Positions 60,173-64,000 of a stretch of 64,000 bases of DNA are shown here, one piece after another. Position 1 is the stretch's first letter; the number at the start of each line of letters is the position of its first letter. The notes under the pieces are model-generated. The model was not told where the DNA came from, did no database searches, and saw only the letters and a list, made by a program, of their open reading frames with translations. The stretch spans positions 185,783 through 249,782 of the forward strand of contig JAPDJH010000001.1 in NCBI GenBank assembly GCA_029259175.1, in the 5' to 3' direction. A program made the position numbers and the translations under genes. Source of the DNA: Hadesarchaea archaeon. Lineage in GTDB: Archaea > Hadarchaeota > Hadarchaeia > Hadarchaeales > Hadarchaeaceae.

Positions 60173-60273
60173 TTTCCTACCTCTATGTATAACTAAGTAA
60201 TACTACTCATTTATACTTAACTGAAAAGAAGCTTCATTCGCTCCGGGTGCTGAGCCCTTCAGATGGTGGCAAT

Positions 60274-61383
<1,110 letters not shown>

Positions 61384-61455
61384 TTAAAAAATCGGGATGG
61401 TCTCAAATACGGAAGTGCTTTCAGCAGACCATCGGCCATCAGTTTTTGTCGGCGA

Positions 61456-61899
61456 TCACCGTTTACTTTTCCTCCCAAACCACCATTTTACAAACCTCTC
61501 GGAGAGCCGGCGGATCTCTTCGGCGTCGGCGATGGCCTTCTCTGCATCGCGCTTATCGAAGAGTTTGGATGGGGGAATTTTCCTGATTTGGTCACCGTAC
61601 CTTGCGATTATCCGCTTGCCAGCCAACCCAGAGACTACCTCCGCCACGTGCCTGGCCCGCTTCCTGAACCATTCGGGCAGCCGCGGATCCTTTTCCAACT
61701 TGAGCACTAGGGCGCTCACATCGTGAATGGGCGGGTATTTGATCGAGAGAGTTTCCATCACCGCCTTCACCGCGAATTCGACGCATTCTTGCGAGTAAAA
61801 GATCGAAGTGCTGTATCTCCCCTGTCCGAGAGCGCGCCGTCCGGAACTTAAGCGATCCTCCGCTTCTTCGAGATAGTATTTCACGAATTCCTCGCTCAA
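61456..61899 (-). CDS. HEPN-domain protein (MNT-HEPN toxin)
   Basis: YLEEAE...SQECVEFAVKA...HDV...RIIARYG; TTG start overlapping the MNT stop. Confidence 0.85.
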   Translation of the reverse strand: MSEEFVKYYLEEAEDRLSSGRRALGQGRYSTSIFYSQECVEFAVKAVMETLSIKYPPIHDVSALVLKLEKDPRLPEWFRKRARHVAEVVSGLAGKRIIARYGDQIRKIPPSKLFDKRDAEKAIADAEEIRRLSERFVKWWFGRKSKR

Positions 61900-62630
61900 A
61901 GAGCTGCCACCTCCCCTCTCTCCAAGGCGGGAGCCAGCACCCAAACGGGCTTTCCATCGAGTTCTTCTCTCTTCGATTTCAGTCTCCGGAGATGAGTCGA
62001 AAGCTCGGCCAGCTTTTGAGTTAAGAGGTCGCCCCTGTCGAGGAGTACAACCACATGGCGTGTCATGTCGAGGTAGATGTCGTGGAAATCCCTTGCTTCC
62101 TCGGGGGTATACAGAATGGGTGAAACCGGAGCAGGTAGCAACCAATGTTCCGGCAACGCGTAGAACTGGAGTTTGAGTCTGGATATTTCATCTTGGCGCT
62201 CCCCGACTTTTTTCGGGAGACCCTCGATTACGAGCAACAGGTCGATGTCGCTAGAGGGGGTCGCGTTCCCCCGTGCAATTGAGCCAAACAGTGCAGCGGA
62301 CACCAAGCGCTCCCCGTAGTGTTTCACAACCAGCTCCATGAAGCACTTCAGCGGCCGGATGAACTCCCTCTGAGGGACTCTATCGAGATTTCTTTCAATT
62401 TCCCTTAGGATAGCAATCCGCTTGAAGACCATGGACGGCTCCACCACGCGATACTGGCCTCTTTTCAGCCGGTTTATCCAGCCCATCCGCACCAACCGGC
62501 TCAGAATAAGCGTGGCCTTGGTTTCCGTAACTCCTAAAACCTCTGCAGCATCCTTTGGGGTAAGAATCTTTTTCGATTCTGTGCACAACACACAATATGC
62601 TTCACCCAGCCAAGCCGGTGGCCATTTCAT
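61896..62630 (-). CDS. Minimal nucleotidyltransferase (MNT) antitoxin with N-terminal wHTH
   Basis: LFGSIARG....SDIDLL; N-terminal AAEVLG...LSRLVRMGWINRLKRGQY. Confidence 0.88.
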   Translation of the reverse strand: MKWPPAWLGEAYCVLCTESKKILTPKDAAEVLGVTETKATLILSRLVRMGWINRLKRGQYRVVEPSMVFKRIAILREIERNLDRVPQREFIRPLKCFMELVVKHYGERLVSAALFGSIARGNATPSSDIDLLLVIEGLPKKVGERQDEISRLKLQFYALPEHWLLPAPVSPILYTPEEARDFHDIYLDMTRHVVVLLDRGDLLTQKLAELSTHLRRLKSKREELDGKPVWVLAPALERGEVAAL

Positions 62631-62711
62631 TGTATCATGTACTATTGGTACATATACTATTTATACATTTTGGAGGAAAGTGATGTAAACGCTGTGGCAG
62701 AAGTGGATTTG

Positions 62712-63854
62712 ATGTTCTTGCCTGCACCCAAGCGCGGCTGGCGGGTTCGGTGCGAGCTTTGTGGACGCGAGGCAGAGGAAATCTCCAAGACGCTGCGTGT
62801 TTGTCCGACCTGTGTGCGCGAACGTTTCGATGACGCGAGGCCTTACATCGAGGAGGCTCACGCCAAGGTTAGACGGCGTTATGGTTTGCCAGAAAAACCA
62901 CCGCGGGCCGAGAACGGGCGGCGCTGCACCGGCTGCGGCAATGCCTGCGTTATCCCACCGGGCGGGATAGGATACTGCGGCGCGGTTGAGAACAAGGGCA
63001 ACAGATTGGTGCGCCGATTTGGAACCCCGGAGCGCGGTCTGCTCCAGTACTATTATGACCCGTTGCCCACCAACTGTGTTCCGGCTGACTTTTGTGCGGG
63101 GTCGAGCGGAGCCGGGTATCCCAAATGGTGCAGAACACCCCGGGGGGACATCGAGTGGGACAATCTGGCCGTCTTCCTCGGTAGCTGCACTTATTCGTGC
63201 CTGTTCTGTCAGAACTACAGCTTTCGGGAGCTCACGCGCGCAGGCAAACCGGTGATGAGTGCCGAGGACTTGGCGGCGAAGGCCACGGAGCGGGTCGGGT
63301 GTGTGTGCTATTTCGGGGGCGACCCCTCGAGTCAGATGCCCTTTGTGATTGCGTCGGCCGAACTGATCCGCGAACGGGCCGAGCGCGAGCACCGGATTCT
63401 CAGGGTTTGTTTGGAGACCAACCTCAGCATGAATCCAAGAGATCTGGATCGCTTCATCGAGCTTTCGCTGGAGAGTGGCGGAGGAATAAAAATGGATTTC
63501 AAGTGCTGGTCGAGCGAGATCCTCTACGCCCTTTCCGGCATCGAGCACCGGCTGGCCTACGAGAACTTTAGGCAATTGGCGAAACGGCACGGGGAGCGGC
63601 CCGAAGTCCCACTGGCGCGCGCAAGCACTTTGCTCGTTCCGGGGTATGTCGACGAGGAAGAAATCCGGGCGATTGCCTCGTTCATCGCGGACCTCGACCC
63701 CACGATCCCTTACTCGCTGTTAGCCTTCCACCCGCAGTACTTCATGGATGACATGCCGTACACGCGGCGCAAAGATGCCGAGCGGTTTCTCCAGATTTGT
63801 AAAGAGGAAGGGTTGCAAAAAGTTCGGCTAGGTAACCCTTGGCTTTTGGTATGA
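62712..63854 (+). CDS. Radical SAM protein (PFL-activase-like/AmmeMemoRadiSam-like)
   Basis: CTYSCLFC, FGGDP, ETN, STLLVPGY; additional N-terminal Cys clusters. Confidence 0.88.
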   Translation: MFLPAPKRGWRVRCELCGREAEEISKTLRVCPTCVRERFDDARPYIEEAHAKVRRRYGLPEKPPRAENGRRCTGCGNACVIPPGGIGYCGAVENKGNRLVRRFGTPERGLLQYYYDPLPTNCVPADFCAGSSGAGYPKWCRTPRGDIEWDNLAVFLGSCTYSCLFCQNYSFRELTRAGKPVMSAEDLAAKATERVGCVCYFGGDPSSQMPFVIASAELIRERAEREHRILRVCLETNLSMNPRDLDRFIELSLESGGGIKMDFKCWSSEILYALSGIEHRLAYENFRQLAKRHGERPEVPLARASTLLVPGYVDEEEIRAIASFIADLDPTIPYSLLAFHPQYFMDDMPYTRRKDAERFLQICKEEGLQKVRLGNPWLLV

Positions 63855-64000
63855 AAAGTACGATTTTTACACGGGCTTGTAGAAAAATTTTTCCGTTCTT
63901 GAAATGAAACAATACTCGGCGAGAGGGGCGCGGCGGTTCCTCATCGGAACCGTGTGAGGTGCACCCGCTCTCGCCTCTCTTCTAGCCCGAGCGCGCAAGG

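Overview
Archaeal chromosomal window. Evidence: EF-1beta, proteasome beta subunit, Dph6, MptE, archaeal GlyRS and TATA-like promoters. The GC-rich gene content suggests a Hadarchaeota-like thermophile, but this is an unverified inference. Positions 1-18.5 kb and 35-64 kb are mainly housekeeping and metabolic genes: a sugar catabolism cluster, ilvC/ilvD, leuCD-like plus DRE-TIM synthase plus two beta-decarboxylating dehydrogenases, ubiX, tmk, an HD dNTPase, a GH161-like phosphorylase, pdxS and class I GAPDH, interspersed with several toxin-antitoxin pairs. Positions 19-34.4 kb form a defence island: an AbiE-like pair, cas6, an AT-rich type I effector block (cas11-cas7-cas5-cas3-cas8), a 19-repeat CRISPR array and a GC-rich adaptation block (cas4, cas1, csa1, cas2). 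The most unusual structure is two solitary, diverged CRISPR repeats (33008-33043 and 33793-33825). Both still form a hairpin just before the handle, lie inside the cas2->csa1 adaptation region, and bracket an intact antisense RelBE-like toxin-antitoxin pair like a 749-bp 'giant spacer'. All calls were made by eye from motifs; no searches were run.
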